A stretch of DNA of 32,000 nucleotides from Desulfobulbus propionicus DSM 2032. Its GTDB lineage: Bacteria > Desulfobacterota > Desulfobulbia > Desulfobulbales > Desulfobulbaceae. The notes under the pieces are model-generated. The model worked only from the letters and a program-made list of their open reading frames with translations. It ran no database searches and was not told the DNA's origin. The DNA lies in contig NC_014972.1 of NCBI RefSeq assembly GCF_000186885.1, positions 3,390,001-3,422,000 on the forward strand, in the 5' to 3' direction. The position numbers and the translations under genes are program-made. This document shows positions 1 through 9,668 of the stretch, piece after piece (position 1 is the stretch's first letter; each line of letters starts with the position of its first letter).

Positions 1-384
1 TATCACGAAGAACTGCGGGCGGCTGGGCTGACCGCGCTGTTTCGCGACTCGACGGCGGCCTGGGTGATCGAATTGGTGGAGCATATCTCGGCGGCGGGTC
101 CCAGCCAGCCCGAACAGCTGCTGACAACGATCGACAACGAAACCATCCGGGCCTACATCATTCAGCTCCTGACCCAGGTACCATCTGGCATCGAACCGGA
201 ATCCGATCATGCCCGGCGAACCTGTGACGAACTGCTCCAGTGGCTGCACCAGGAGCAACAACGTCGTGATGGCGCGGCCCTGCAGGAACAGATCAACCTG
301 GCCCAACAGCACGGGAATGCGGAGCTGCTGATGGAACTGCTCCGGCGGAAACAGGAAATTGGAAAAAAAAGAACGGGATTTTGA
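1..384 (+). CDS. dnaG: DNA primase DnaG, C-terminal fragment (5' end outside window)
   Basis: Frame is open from base 1 to the stop at 384. C-terminal DnaB-interacting-like helical sequence (LLQWLHQEQQRRDGAALQEQINLAQQHGNAELLMELLRRKQEI). Located directly upstream of rpoD, as in the macromolecular synthesis operon. Confidence 0.8.
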   Translation, partial: YHEELRAAGLTALFRDSTAAWVIELVEHISAAGPSQPEQLLTTIDNETIRAYIIQLLTQVPSGIEPESDHARRTCDELLQWLHQEQQRRDGAALQEQINLAQQHGNAELLMELLRRKQEIGKKRTGF

Positions 385-609
385 TTTAACCTGTTGAAAA
401 AAGATACAAATCGGATTAATTCAAAAAATTGTATTTTGGATTGGTCTCCAAGATTGGCTTCATGCGGCCGCCCGAGTGTGTCGCCTGGATGACCGCTCCT
501 TGTATTCATTTAATTTTCTTCTAATTTTACCTCTTGCTGTCGGAGGCTTCACGGATGATCCCTGGCACCGCCGGTTTAAAATTTTTGACGGCTTTCTTGA
601 GGAGGAATA

Positions 610-2211
610 ATGGACACGGAGCATGACATTCTGGACGACGATTTGGGGCCTGAAGGGTTTCCCGGTTCCAGTCGGCCGAGGTGGAACGGCGCACTTTCCG
701 AGGTTGAAGATGACTGGGCGGTGCGCAACGGTATCGAGCGCCGATCCTCCTTCGACCGCCGTGCTGGCGAGGATCGTCGCAGCGGCGACCGCCGGGGCAT
801 GGGCAGCAGCATCGACCCCATGAATATCTATCTGCGTGAGATGGGGAACCAGCGACTGCTCAAGCACGAGGAGGAGATGGAACTGGCCCGCATGGTCGAG
901 GAAGGGGAAACCCGCATTCAATCGGCGGTGCTGCGGCTGACGCTGGGCATCACCGCCCTCAACGATCTAGCGGAAAACCTGCTGCGCGGCAATGTGCGGA
1001 TCAATTCCGTCATCCGGGGGCTTTCCGACAACGACGAGAAGGAACTGACCGCTATGCGCGACGCCTTTCTCGACCAGGTGGAAAAAGCCAACGAACTGGA
1101 TGGCAAGCGGCGGGAGTTGTTCCTGGAGCTCAAAAAAACCGCGGGCAACGAGGCTAGGGAACGGCAGCTCGTCGATGAAATTCTCAAGGTGGGCGAGGCG
1201 ATCTCGGCGCTGTTCCGCGACTACCGGATGTGCTCCAAAGGCATCCTCTCCGTGGCCGATGCAGTCAAGGAACTGGCGCAGAAATTCAACAAGGTCCGGG
1301 TGGTTGCCCGACAGCAGGAACTGCTGCTGGCGGCCCGCCATCATCAGCTGGACGATGAACAGGGCCAGATCCGACCGGCCGAGGTGGAGCAGCGCGTGAC
1401 CCTGGAACTGGCCGAGACCATCGGCATCTCCTGGCCCGCGTTTATCGAGGTGCAACAGGAGATCGAAATCGGAAGGGAAACCGCCCGCCAGGCCAAGGAA
1501 ACCCTGGTGCGGGCCAATTTGCGCCTGGTGATTTCGGTCTCGAAAAAATTCATGAACCGGGGCATGCAGCTGCCCGACCTGATCCAGGAAGGCAACATCG
1601 GCCTGATGAAGGCAGTGGAAAAATATGACTACAAACGCGGCTATAAATTTTCCACCTATGCGACCTGGTGGATTCGCCAGGCCGTGACCCGCGGAATTGC
1701 CGACCAGGGCCGGACCATCCGCCTGCCGGTGCACATGATCGAGACCATCAACCGCATGCTCCGCTTTTCCAAGGACTTTCAGCGCATCGAGAGCCGCGAG
1801 CCCACGCCCGAGGAGATGGCCAAGCAGCTGGGGACGGATGTGGAAAAAGTCCAGGTGGCCCTAAAAACCGCCAAGGACGCCATTTCGCTCGACGCGCCGG
1901 TGAATGACGAGGAAGACACCCTGCTTAGCGATTTCATCGAAGACCATGCCCATCCGGACCCGCAGGAGCATTCGATCACCGAAAGTCTCAAACGTTGCCT
2001 GTGCAAGGTCATGGGGTCGTTGACGCCACGGGAGGAAAAGGTGCTGCGCATGCGCTACGGGATTGAAATCGGCTGCGACCACACCCTGGAAGAGGTCGGC
2101 CAGTGTTTTGCCGTCACCCGGGAGCGCATCCGCCAGATCGAGGCCCAGGCCCTGAAAAAACTGCGACACCCGGCCAGGAGCCAGGATCTGCAAGCCTTTA
2201 TCCAGGACTGA
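610..2211 (+). CDS. rpoD: RNA polymerase sigma factor RpoD (sigma70 family)
   Basis: 533 aa with region 1.2 ([11 protein letters not shown]), region 2 ([76 protein letters not shown]) and region 4 ([16 protein letters not shown]...[31 protein letters not shown]). GGAGG upstream of the ATG. Confidence 0.97.
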   Translation: MDTEHDILDDDLGPEGFPGSSRPRWNGALSEVEDDWAVRNGIERRSSFDRRAGEDRRSGDRRGMGSSIDPMNIYLREMGNQRLLKHEEEMELARMVEEGETRIQSAVLRLTLGITALNDLAENLLRGNVRINSVIRGLSDNDEKELTAMRDAFLDQVEKANELDGKRRELFLELKKTAGNEARERQLVDEILKVGEAISALFRDYRMCSKGILSVADAVKELAQKFNKVRVVARQQELLLAARHHQLDDEQGQIRPAEVEQRVTLELAETIGISWPAFIEVQQEIEIGRETARQAKETLVRANLRLVISVSKKFMNRGMQLPDLIQEGNIGLMKAVEKYDYKRGYKFSTYATWWIRQAVTRGIADQGRTIRLPVHMIETINRMLRFSKDFQRIESREPTPEEMAKQLGTDVEKVQVALKTAKDAISLDAPVNDEEDTLLSDFIEDHAHPDPQEHSITESLKRCLCKVMGSLTPREEKVLRMRYGIEIGCDHTLEEVGQCFAVTRERIRQIEAQALKKLRHPARSQDLQAFIQD

Positions 2212-2217
2212 AGCGCC

Positions 2218-3348
2218 TTGCCCCTCTGCCCTGACGCCGAAGACTGGCTCACCCTTTCCTTGCTGCCCGGTTTAGGCTGCGTGCTGATCTGGCGCCTGGT
2301 GCGGCAGGCAGGCTCGCCGGGTGAAGCCTTGCGGCTGGGTGCCCGTCCTTCAGCCGTTCCCGGTATCGGCCCGCGCCTCCTGGCCCTGATGGCCGACAGC
2401 GCGCAGGTGGCCGTTGCCCGGCAGCTGGCGCAACGCGAGTTGGAGCGGATCGAGCGGCTGGGCATTTCCCTGCTGAGCCTGTACAGCCCCGATTACCCCG
2501 AACTCCTCCGCACCATCCCCGATCCGCCGGTTCTGCTCTACTGCCGGGGCGACCTGGCGATATTGCGCCAGCCGACTGTGGCCGTCATCGGCTCGCGGGC
2601 CGCCACCGACTACGGTCGGCGCATGGCGGCCCTCCTGGCGGCCGAGCTCGTTGCCCAGGACATCACCATCGTCTCCGGTGCCGCCTACGGCATCGATGCC
2701 GCGGCCCATCGCGGCGCGCTACGGGCTGGTGGCGCCACCGTCGCCGTCCTCGGCTGCGGCGTCGATGTGGTCTATCCGCGCGCCCACGCCGACCTGTTCC
2801 AGGAACTTGCCGCCCAGGGGCTGCTGCTTTCCGAATACCCCTTGGGTACACCGCCTGAAGGATTTCGTTTTCCGGCCCGCAACCGCATCATCAGCGGCTT
2901 GGCCAAGGGCGTGGTGGTGGTCGAGGCCACGGAAAAATCAGGCTCGTTGATCACCGCCCGCTTGGCCCTGGATCAGGGACGCGAAGTCTTCGCCGTGCCC
3001 GGCCGTATTGATTCGCCCAAAAGCTCCGGCACCCACCGGCTCATCCAGCAGGGCGCCCATCTGGTTCATGGGGCAACGGATATTGTCGAGGCCCTAGCCT
3101 GGGAAAGCGGCACCGGTCCGTGCGGCCTAGCCGAGAAAGCGGCCGCAACCGGTCCTTCCCCGCAGGTCAGTCCCGCGGAACAACACCTTCTCCTCTCCTT
3201 GGACGCCTATCCCCGGGACATCGACACCCTGGTCCGCATGACAGGCTTGCCCATTGTCGACCTTCACACCCTGCTCCTGCAACTGGAGCTCAAGGGTCTG
3301 ATACGGCAATTGCCGGGGCAGCTCTACGAACGCCGGCTCATGGATTGA
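2218..3348 (+). CDS. dprA: DNA-processing protein DprA/Smf
   Basis: Rossmann-like DprA motifs (VAVIGSRAATDYGRRMA, ITIVSGAAYGIDAAAHRGAL, GCGVDVVYPRAH, LLSEYPLGTPP, FPARNRIISGLAKGVVVVEATEKSGSLITARLALDQGREVFAVPG) plus a C-terminal winged-helix-like segment. The start appears to be TTG at 2218. Confidence 0.93.
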   Translation: MPLCPDAEDWLTLSLLPGLGCVLIWRLVRQAGSPGEALRLGARPSAVPGIGPRLLALMADSAQVAVARQLAQRELERIERLGISLLSLYSPDYPELLRTIPDPPVLLYCRGDLAILRQPTVAVIGSRAATDYGRRMAALLAAELVAQDITIVSGAAYGIDAAAHRGALRAGGATVAVLGCGVDVVYPRAHADLFQELAAQGLLLSEYPLGTPPEGFRFPARNRIISGLAKGVVVVEATEKSGSLITARLALDQGREVFAVPGRIDSPKSSGTHRLIQQGAHLVHGATDIVEALAWESGTGPCGLAEKAAATGPSPQVSPAEQHLLLSLDAYPRDIDTLVRMTGLPIVDLHTLLLQLELKGLIRQLPGQLYERRLMD

Positions 3349-3474
3349 TTTTTTCCTCTCCCGTCCCGCCTGAAATCTCGCTCTTTCCGCGAGGATTCTG
3401 GTATGATGCTTATTCAACCCTTCCACCAATCCCTTTCCATGGGAGCCCAGCCTCCCGCCAAGGAGAACCAGCGT

Positions 3475-4137
3475 ATGCGCTCCACGATGATTGCGCCCTC
3501 GATCCTCTCCGCCGATTTTTCCCGCCTGGGCGACGAGATCAGGGCCGTAGAGGCCGCCGGCGCCGACGTGATCCACGTTGATGTCATGGACGGCCATTTT
3601 GTACCGAACATCACCATCGGCCCCCTGATCGTCAAGGCGGCGCGGGCGGCAACCACCCTGCCACTCGATGTGCATCTGATGATCACCGATCCGGACCGGT
3701 ATCTGCAGGATTTCATCGATGCCGGCGCCGACTGGGTGACCGTCCATGTCGAGGCCTGCACCCACCTCCATCGGACCCTTTCCTTCATTCGCGCCAGGGG
3801 AAAAAAAGCCGGCGCGGTGCTCAACCCGGCCACCTCGCTGACGACCCTGGAGTATGTGCTGGCCGAGGTGGATCTGGTGATGCTCATGAGTGTCAATCCA
3901 GGATTCGGCGGCCAGTCGTTTATCGAATCTTCCCTGGACAAAATTGCCCGCTTGCGGCGGATGCTCGATGCGGTCAATCCGGAGGCGGGTATCGAGGTCG
4001 ACGGCGGCATCAGCCCGGCAACCATCGGCCGGGTTGCCGACGCCGGGGCCAATATTTTTGTCGCCGGATCGGCCATTTATGGCCACGACGATTATCAGGC
4101 GGCCATCCACACGATGAAGGAACGGGCACAACGGTAA
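3475..4137 (+). CDS. rpe: Ribulose-phosphate 3-epimerase
   Basis: [50 protein letters not shown] and [11 protein letters not shown] motifs. ATG at 3475 preceded by AAGGAG; the ORF track start at 3403 is probably too early. Confidence 0.95.
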   Translation: MRSTMIAPSILSADFSRLGDEIRAVEAAGADVIHVDVMDGHFVPNITIGPLIVKAARAATTLPLDVHLMITDPDRYLQDFIDAGADWVTVHVEACTHLHRTLSFIRARGKKAGAVLNPATSLTTLEYVLAEVDLVMLMSVNPGFGGQSFIESSLDKIARLRRMLDAVNPEAGIEVDGGISPATIGRVADAGANIFVAGSAIYGHDDYQAAIHTMKERAQR

Positions 4138-4159
4138 TCAACCCTGCACGGAGGTGCTC

Positions 4160-5758
4160 ATGCAACTCAAGGATTTTTCCTCTCACAAGTCCGTGGCCAA
4201 ACTCGCCTCCCTGGCGCGCACTCCCCATGACCTGACCGCGGTGGACGGGCTGACCGCCCAGCGGATCGAGGACTATGCGGTTTCCTTTTGCGGGTTTGAT
4301 CTGCTTTACGGAACCCAGCGCGTCACCCCTGAAGTCATCGACGCCCTGCAGCAACTGGCCGACGAGGCCGGACTGATCGATGCCTTCCTGGCCATGAAGG
4401 AGGGCGAGGTGCTCAACCGCATCGAAGGGTATGCGAGCGAAAACCGGCAAGTGCTGCACACCGCCAGCCGCGATGTGTTCACCGAACGCCCGAGGGAGCC
4501 CAAGGCTGCCGCCAAAGCCAAGGAACAGCTCGCCAAATTGCACCGCTTTCTCGAAGGGGTCGACAACGGCTCCATAGCCAATGCCCAAGGACATCTCTTC
4601 ACCACCATGGTGCAGGTGGGCATCGGCGGTTCCGATCTTGGCCCGCGGGCACTGTACCTGGCGCTACAGCGCTATTGCCGGCCGGGACGCTCGGCACGAT
4701 TCATCGCCAATGTCGACCCTGATGATGTGGCCGCGGTACTGCGGGAACTGGACCTTTCCCGCTGCCTGTTCAACGTCGTCTCCAAAAGCGGCACCACCCT
4801 GGAGACCTTGACCAATGAACAACTGGTTCGGGAGGCCTTGCTCCAGGCGGGGCTGAATCCCGCCCACCACATGGTGGCGGTGACCGGCGAAGGGAGCCCC
4901 ATGGACGACGCCACCAAGTACCTTGCTTCCTTCCACATGTACGACTACATCGGCGGCCGCTATTCGGCCACCTCCATGGTCGGCCTGGTGACGCTTGGAT
5001 TCGCCCTGGGCGTTGAGGCGGTCCGTGCGCTGCTCGAAGGGGCTCATGCCGTCGATCTCGCTGCCGAGGAACGGGATATCCGCAAGAATGTCCCCCTGTT
5101 GATGGCCCTCTTGGGTATATGGAATCACAATTTCCTCGGACATGCCACCATAGCAATCCTACCCTACAGCCAGGCCCTGGCGCGTTTTCCCGCCCACTTG
5201 CAGCAGTGCGACATGGAGAGCAATGGTAAATCGGTAACCCGTCAAGGCAATCCAGTGACCTGGCAGACCGGCCCGATTGTCTGGGGCGAGCCCGGCACCA
5301 ACGGCCAGCATGCCTTTTACCAACTGATCCATCAAGGCACTGAAATTGTCCCAGCTGAATTCATCGGATTTCGCCACAACCAGTACGGAATCGATCTTGA
5401 GGTACAGGGAACCAGTTCGCAGCAGAAGTTGATTACCAACATGCTCGCCCAATCCCTGGCCCTGGCCATGGGCAAGGACGACACCAATCCGGCCCGCCGT
5501 TTTGCCGGGAACCGCCCTAACCTGGTGCTCATCGCCGACCGTCTGACGCCCTCAACCATGGGGGCACTGCTGGCCATCTATGAACATCGCATCGCCTTTC
5601 AGGGGTTTTGCTGGAACGTCAATTCGTTTGATCAGGAGGGCGTGCAACTGGGCAAGGTGCTGGCCACTCGTCTCCTCGGCTTGCTAACCGACCAGGGGCA
5701 GAGTGCGCGCGACGACAGCCTGGAAAAAAGCCTGCTCCGCCGAAGCGGAATGCTCTGA
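4160..5758 (+). CDS. pgi: Glucose-6-phosphate isomerase
   Basis: VGIGGSDLGPRALYLAL, FNVVSKSGTTLETLTNE, HQGTEIVPAEFIGF and NVNSFDQEGVQLGK motifs. ATG at 4160 with GGAGG at about 4150 (an in-frame GTG at 4154 is also possible). Confidence 0.94.
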   Translation: MQLKDFSSHKSVAKLASLARTPHDLTAVDGLTAQRIEDYAVSFCGFDLLYGTQRVTPEVIDALQQLADEAGLIDAFLAMKEGEVLNRIEGYASENRQVLHTASRDVFTERPREPKAAAKAKEQLAKLHRFLEGVDNGSIANAQGHLFTTMVQVGIGGSDLGPRALYLALQRYCRPGRSARFIANVDPDDVAAVLRELDLSRCLFNVVSKSGTTLETLTNEQLVREALLQAGLNPAHHMVAVTGEGSPMDDATKYLASFHMYDYIGGRYSATSMVGLVTLGFALGVEAVRALLEGAHAVDLAAEERDIRKNVPLLMALLGIWNHNFLGHATIAILPYSQALARFPAHLQQCDMESNGKSVTRQGNPVTWQTGPIVWGEPGTNGQHAFYQLIHQGTEIVPAEFIGFRHNQYGIDLEVQGTSSQQKLITNMLAQSLALAMGKDDTNPARRFAGNRPNLVLIADRLTPSTMGALLAIYEHRIAFQGFCWNVNSFDQEGVQLGKVLATRLLGLLTDQGQSARDDSLEKSLLRRSGML

Positions 5759-5814
5759 TCCAAGGGGGGTTCCGGGGCTGTTTTCTTGGCGCGACGGCAG
5801 GTTATGATTTTTTG

Positions 5815-5843
5815 TTGACAAAGACTTTACGGACGTTTATGCT
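5815..5843 (+). promoter_or_regulatory. Predicted sigma70-type promoter of the dsr operon
   Basis: TTGACA (5815-5820), 17-nt spacer, TATGCT (5838-5843), about 125 nt upstream of the dsrA ATG. Confidence 0.7.
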
Positions 5844-5969
5844 CGCCTCCTGAATGAGCATTCAATATGGTATTGTGCGTTCTTGCCTGTATTGACGTGC
5901 AATTCTCGTTCAGGTCATCCTAACCGACCGGTATTTTTCAACCACATAATCTCTTCAGGAGGAACACTG

Positions 5970-7256
5970 ATGGCAAAGCATGAAACGCCTCTATTGGACG
6001 AACTGGAAAAAGGTCCATGGCCGAGTTTCGTCACCGACCTCAAGCAGCAGGCAGCAACCAAGCCTGAGTGTTGGGACATTCTGGGCCAGCTTGAGCTTTC
6101 ATACAAAGATCGGATCACCCATTGGAAGCATGGCGGTATCGTCGGTGTTTTTGGCTACGGCGGTGGTATCGTTGGCCGCTACTCTGATGTTCCCACCCAG
6201 TTTCCTGGCGTAGAGCACTTCCATACCGTACGTATCGCCCAGCCCTCCGGCCTCTATTACACCACCGAGAACCTTCGCGCCCTGATGGATCTGTGGGAGA
6301 AATACGGTTCGGGCGTCACCAACCTGCACGGTTCCACCGGTGACATGATCTTCCTCGGCACCCGCACCGAGAATCTCGAGCCCCTCTTCTGGGATCTGAC
6401 CCATGACCTGAATCAGGATCTGGGTGGTTCCGGTTCCAACCTGCGTACCCCCTCCTGCTGTCTGGGTGACTCCCGTTGTGAGTGGGCCTGTTACGATGCG
6501 CAGGAAATGTGCAACAGCCTGACCCAACGCTATCAGGACGAGATCCATCGTCCGGCCTTCCCTTATAAGTTTAAGTTCAAATTCTCCGCCTGTCCGAACG
6601 ACTGCGTTGCCGCCATCGCCCGCTCCGACTTTGCCGTCATCGGCACCTGGAAGGACAACATCCGTATCGACCAGGCCGCCGTGCAGAAATACATCGCCGG
6701 TGACGCCGCGTATCCGTCCAATGGTGGTGCCCACAAGGGCCGTGACTGGGGTAAATTCGACATTCAGAAAGAGGTCATCGACCTCTGCCCGACCCAGTGC
6801 ATGTGGATGGAAGGCAATGAATTGAAGATCGATGACGCCGAGTGTACCCGCTGCATGCACTGCATCAACGTCATGCCGCGTGCCCTCCGTCCTGGTGTCG
6901 AGAAAGGCGCCACCATCTGCATCGGCGCCAAAGCCCCGATCCTGGATGGTGCCCAGTTCGCCACTATGGTTATCCCTTTCATCGAGTGCAACGCTGAGAA
7001 CGATTTCGAAGAGATCGTCGATATGATCGAGAAAGTGTGGGATTGGTGGATGGAAGTCGGCAAGAACCGTGAGCGCGTTGGTGAGACCATGCAACGTATC
7101 GGCCTGCCTACCTTCCTCAGCGTCATGGAAGTTGAGCCCATGCCGCAGCATGTAAAAGAGCCGCGTTCCAACCCGTACGTCTTCTGGAAGGAAGAGGAAG
7201 TACCTGGCGGTTGGGAGCGTGACGTTGTTGAGTTCAGAAAGCGTCACGCTGCCTGA
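5970..7256 (+). CDS. dsrA: Dissimilatory sulfite reductase alpha subunit
   Basis: GSTGDMIFLGT, RTPSCCLGDSRCEWACYDAQEMC, KFKFKFSACPNDC and ferredoxin-like CPTQCMW...CTRCMHCINVMP motifs. ATG preceded by AGGAGG. Confidence 0.98.
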   Translation: MAKHETPLLDELEKGPWPSFVTDLKQQAATKPECWDILGQLELSYKDRITHWKHGGIVGVFGYGGGIVGRYSDVPTQFPGVEHFHTVRIAQPSGLYYTTENLRALMDLWEKYGSGVTNLHGSTGDMIFLGTRTENLEPLFWDLTHDLNQDLGGSGSNLRTPSCCLGDSRCEWACYDAQEMCNSLTQRYQDEIHRPAFPYKFKFKFSACPNDCVAAIARSDFAVIGTWKDNIRIDQAAVQKYIAGDAAYPSNGGAHKGRDWGKFDIQKEVIDLCPTQCMWMEGNELKIDDAECTRCMHCINVMPRALRPGVEKGATICIGAKAPILDGAQFATMVIPFIECNAENDFEEIVDMIEKVWDWWMEVGKNRERVGETMQRIGLPTFLSVMEVEPMPQHVKEPRSNPYVFWKEEEVPGGWERDVVEFRKRHAA

Positions 7257-7306
7257 TAGTCGTCTCGAGATACTTTAACGGAACTACTTTATAAGGAGAT
7301 AATATA

Positions 7307-8449
7307 ATGGGTTACGATCCAAAGAATCCTATGGAAGGTCGGATTACCGACTTGGGACCGCGCTACTATGGGGATTTCCTGCCGCCTGTCATCAAAGAGA
7401 ACAAAGGCAAATGGCTGTATCATGAAATCCTTGAGCCCGGTGTACTCGTGCACGTTTCCGAGACCGGCGCCAAGGTCTACACTGTGCGGTGTGGCTCTGC
7501 CCGTCTGTTGACCGTCAACCGTGTACGTCTGTACTGCGATATCGCTGACAAGTGCTGCGGCGGTTACCTTCGTTTCACCACCCGTAACAACGTCGAGTTC
7601 ATGGTCGACAGCGAAGACAAATTGGCTGCTCTGAAAGCTGAACTTGCAAGTCACAAAGATGTCCTGCCGATCGGTGGTACCGGTGCCTGCGTCACCAACA
7701 TCGTGCACACCCAAGGCTGGGTACACTGCCATACCCCGGCCACGGACGCTTCTGGTCCGGTTAAGGCCGTCATGGATGACCTGTTCGAGTATTTTGGTTC
7801 CATGACCCTGCCGGCTCAGGTTCGTATCGCCCTGGCCTGCTGCTTGAACATGTGCGGTGCCGTACACGCTTCCGATATCGCCATCCTCGGTATCCATCGC
7901 AAGCCGCCGATGATCGACAATGATCGCATCAGCGGCGTGTGCGAGATCCCGCTGGCCATTGCCTCCTGTCCGTTGGGTGCGGTCAAGCCTGCCAAGGCCA
8001 CCAACTCCGCTGGCGAAGAAGTCAAGTCGGTCAAGGTTAACGCCGAGCGTTGTATGTTCTGCGGTAACTGCTACACCATGTGCCCGGCCATGCCGCTGGC
8101 CGATCCGGAAGGCGACGGTATCGCCATTCTGGTGGGCGGCAAGGTTTCCAACTCCAAGTCCGCGCCGAAGTTCTCCAAACTGGTTGTTCCGTTCCTGCCG
8201 AACACCACCCCGCGCTGGCCTGAGACTGTCGCCTGTGTACGTCAGATCCTGGAAGCCTATGCCAAAGATGCCAAGAAATATGAGCGTCTGGGCGAGTGGG
8301 CTGAGCGAATCGGTTGGGAGAAGTTCTTCGAGAAGACCGGTCTGCCCTTCACCGAGAAATCCATCGACGACTATCGTCTGGCGTACGACACTTGGCGGAC
8401 CACCACCCAGTTCAAATACACCAGTCATACAGCCGCATACACCAAGTAA
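7307..8449 (+). CDS. dsrB: Dissimilatory sulfite reductase beta subunit
   Basis: [68 protein letters not shown] and [23 protein letters not shown] motifs. AAGGAG RBS. Confidence 0.98.
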   Translation: MGYDPKNPMEGRITDLGPRYYGDFLPPVIKENKGKWLYHEILEPGVLVHVSETGAKVYTVRCGSARLLTVNRVRLYCDIADKCCGGYLRFTTRNNVEFMVDSEDKLAALKAELASHKDVLPIGGTGACVTNIVHTQGWVHCHTPATDASGPVKAVMDDLFEYFGSMTLPAQVRIALACCLNMCGAVHASDIAILGIHRKPPMIDNDRISGVCEIPLAIASCPLGAVKPAKATNSAGEEVKSVKVNAERCMFCGNCYTMCPAMPLADPEGDGIAILVGGKVSNSKSAPKFSKLVVPFLPNTTPRWPETVACVRQILEAYAKDAKKYERLGEWAERIGWEKFFEKTGLPFTEKSIDDYRLAYDTWRTTTQFKYTSHTAAYTK

Positions 8450-8464
8450 TAGCAGGAAACCTAT

Positions 8465-8497
8465 GATCGGCCCTGAGCATCAGGGCCGATCTTTTTT
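8465..8497 (+). terminator. Intrinsic terminator/attenuator between dsrB and dsrD
   Basis: Perfect 12-bp stem GATCGGCCCTGA / TCAGGGCCGATC with a GCA loop, followed by TTTTTT. Confidence 0.8.
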
Positions 8498-8527
8498 GTG
8501 TTTTTCACACATCCCGAGGAGCGCGTT

Positions 8528-8758
8528 ATGGCACTAAGTATTGACGACCTTAAAAAAGCCATCATTGAAAAAGCGAAGAAATCACCCAAGCCACAGCTTT
8601 ACATTAAAGATTTTTATGAATGTGATCCGGATGCCAAACCGCGTGACATCAAAAAAGTCGCCAATGCGCTGGTCACCGAGGGTGAGTTGATGTTCTGGTC
8701 CTCTGGGTCTACCACCATGTATGCTCGGCCGGATCGCATTCAGAACGAAGAAAAGTAA
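8528..8758 (+). CDS. dsrD: DsrD, small dissimilatory sulfite reductase-associated protein
   Basis: 76 aa, winged-helix-like, located directly after dsrAB (MALSIDDLKKAIIEKAKKSPKPQLYIKDFYECDPDAKPRDIKKVANALVTEGELMFWSSGSTTMY). ATG at 8528 with GAGGAG upstream. Confidence 0.93.
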   Translation: MALSIDDLKKAIIEKAKKSPKPQLYIKDFYECDPDAKPRDIKKVANALVTEGELMFWSSGSTTMYARPDRIQNEEK

Positions 8759-8787
8759 GCATTACTCGTTCTCGCAAAGCGTTTCCC

Positions 8788-8820
8788 AAGCAGAGATCCT
8801 CCTGGATCTCTGCTTTTTTT
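8788..8820 (+). terminator. Intrinsic terminator at the end of dsrABD
   Basis: 12-bp stem AAGCAGAGATCC / GGATCTCTGCTT with a 4-nt loop (TCCT), followed by a T run. Confidence 0.9.
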
Positions 8821-8857
8821 ATTCGCTTCCATGCACCCAGCATGTTCGCCCTACACC

Positions 8858-9643
8858 ATGCTCATTTACCTTGATCATATTGATTCCACCAATCGTTTGG
8901 CCAAAGAACTCGCCCTTGAAGGGAAGCCTTCCGGGACGGTTGTTTGCGCCGAACGTCAAACGTCCGGCAGGGGGCAACACGGTCGCAATTTTGTTTCGCC
9001 AAAAGGCGGACTCTATTTTTCGCTTTTGCTCATGCCCGATATATCGCCGGAGCGCTTGCCATTGGTCACCTTGGCAACAGGGCTCGCCTGCCGCGCATGC
9101 CTTTGCGAGCGATTCAGCCTGCAGGCCCATATCAAGTGGCCCAACGACCTGTATGTTCATGGCCGCAAAATCGCTGGTATCCTGTGCGAACGAGTGCTCC
9201 CGAACAACAGCGGTTCGCCCCGGCCCATGGTGATCATCGGTGTCGGCCTGAACGTGAATAGTGCCCTGGCCGATTTTCCCGAAGAGTTGCAGCCGTTGGT
9301 GACGAGTGTGTATGAACAGGCCAGCATCCGCACCGATTTAAAGATGCTCCTTCCTGCAGTGGTGGAAAAAATCATCGCAACAATCCACCGACTGCAATCG
9401 GATTCAGCGGTTCTTCTCGCCCAATGGCAGGAATATGATTACTTATTGAACAAACCGGTGGTCTATACCAATGGCCCAGTGACGCTGCACGGCATCGGCC
9501 TTGGCCTGACCCCCCAAGGGCTTTACCGGTTTGTCGATACCGAAGGAAATGACCACTGTATTGTCGGTGGTCAACTCCGCCCCGGGGAAGGCGGGAAACA
9601 ACCTGCCGAAACCATGCCCGCCGCACTCCCCGATTCCATTTAA
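8858..9643 (+). CDS. birA: Biotin--[acetyl-CoA-carboxylase] ligase (catalytic type, no N-terminal HTH)
   Basis: LDHIDSTNRLAKELA, GRGQHGRNFVSPKGGLYFSLL, HIKWPNDLYVHGRKIAGILCE and IIGVGLNVN motifs. Confidence 0.9.
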   Translation: MLIYLDHIDSTNRLAKELALEGKPSGTVVCAERQTSGRGQHGRNFVSPKGGLYFSLLLMPDISPERLPLVTLATGLACRACLCERFSLQAHIKWPNDLYVHGRKIAGILCERVLPNNSGSPRPMVIIGVGLNVNSALADFPEELQPLVTSVYEQASIRTDLKMLLPAVVEKIIATIHRLQSDSAVLLAQWQEYDYLLNKPVVYTNGPVTLHGIGLGLTPQGLYRFVDTEGNDHCIVGGQLRPGEGGKQPAETMPAALPDSI

Positions 9644-9668
9644 CTCGGCGCTTAACAGGTTGATTTCT

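Noticed and set aside
967-1734. 255-aa minus-strand ORF inside rpoD
   Set aside because: Antisense to conserved sigma factor coding sequence, with no domain-like content.
3379-3407. Extended -10-like TGGTATGAT upstream of rpe as a promoter
   Set aside because: No acceptable -35 at the right spacing; too weak to list.
3127-4131. 334-aa minus-strand ORF spanning the dprA end and rpe
   Set aside because: It is codon-aligned antisense to clear dprA and rpe coding sequence. High GC and avoidance of TTA/CTA/TCA codons explain its length.
6099-7247. 382-aa minus-strand ORF antisense to dsrA
   Set aside because: It is codon-aligned antisense to dsrA. Stops there require sense TTA, CTA or TCA codons, which are rare in this strongly biased, highly expressed gene. 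The translation has no recognisable protein features.
7289-8428. 379-aa minus-strand ORF antisense to dsrB
   Set aside because: Same explanation as for dsrA; dsrB is unmistakable on the plus strand.
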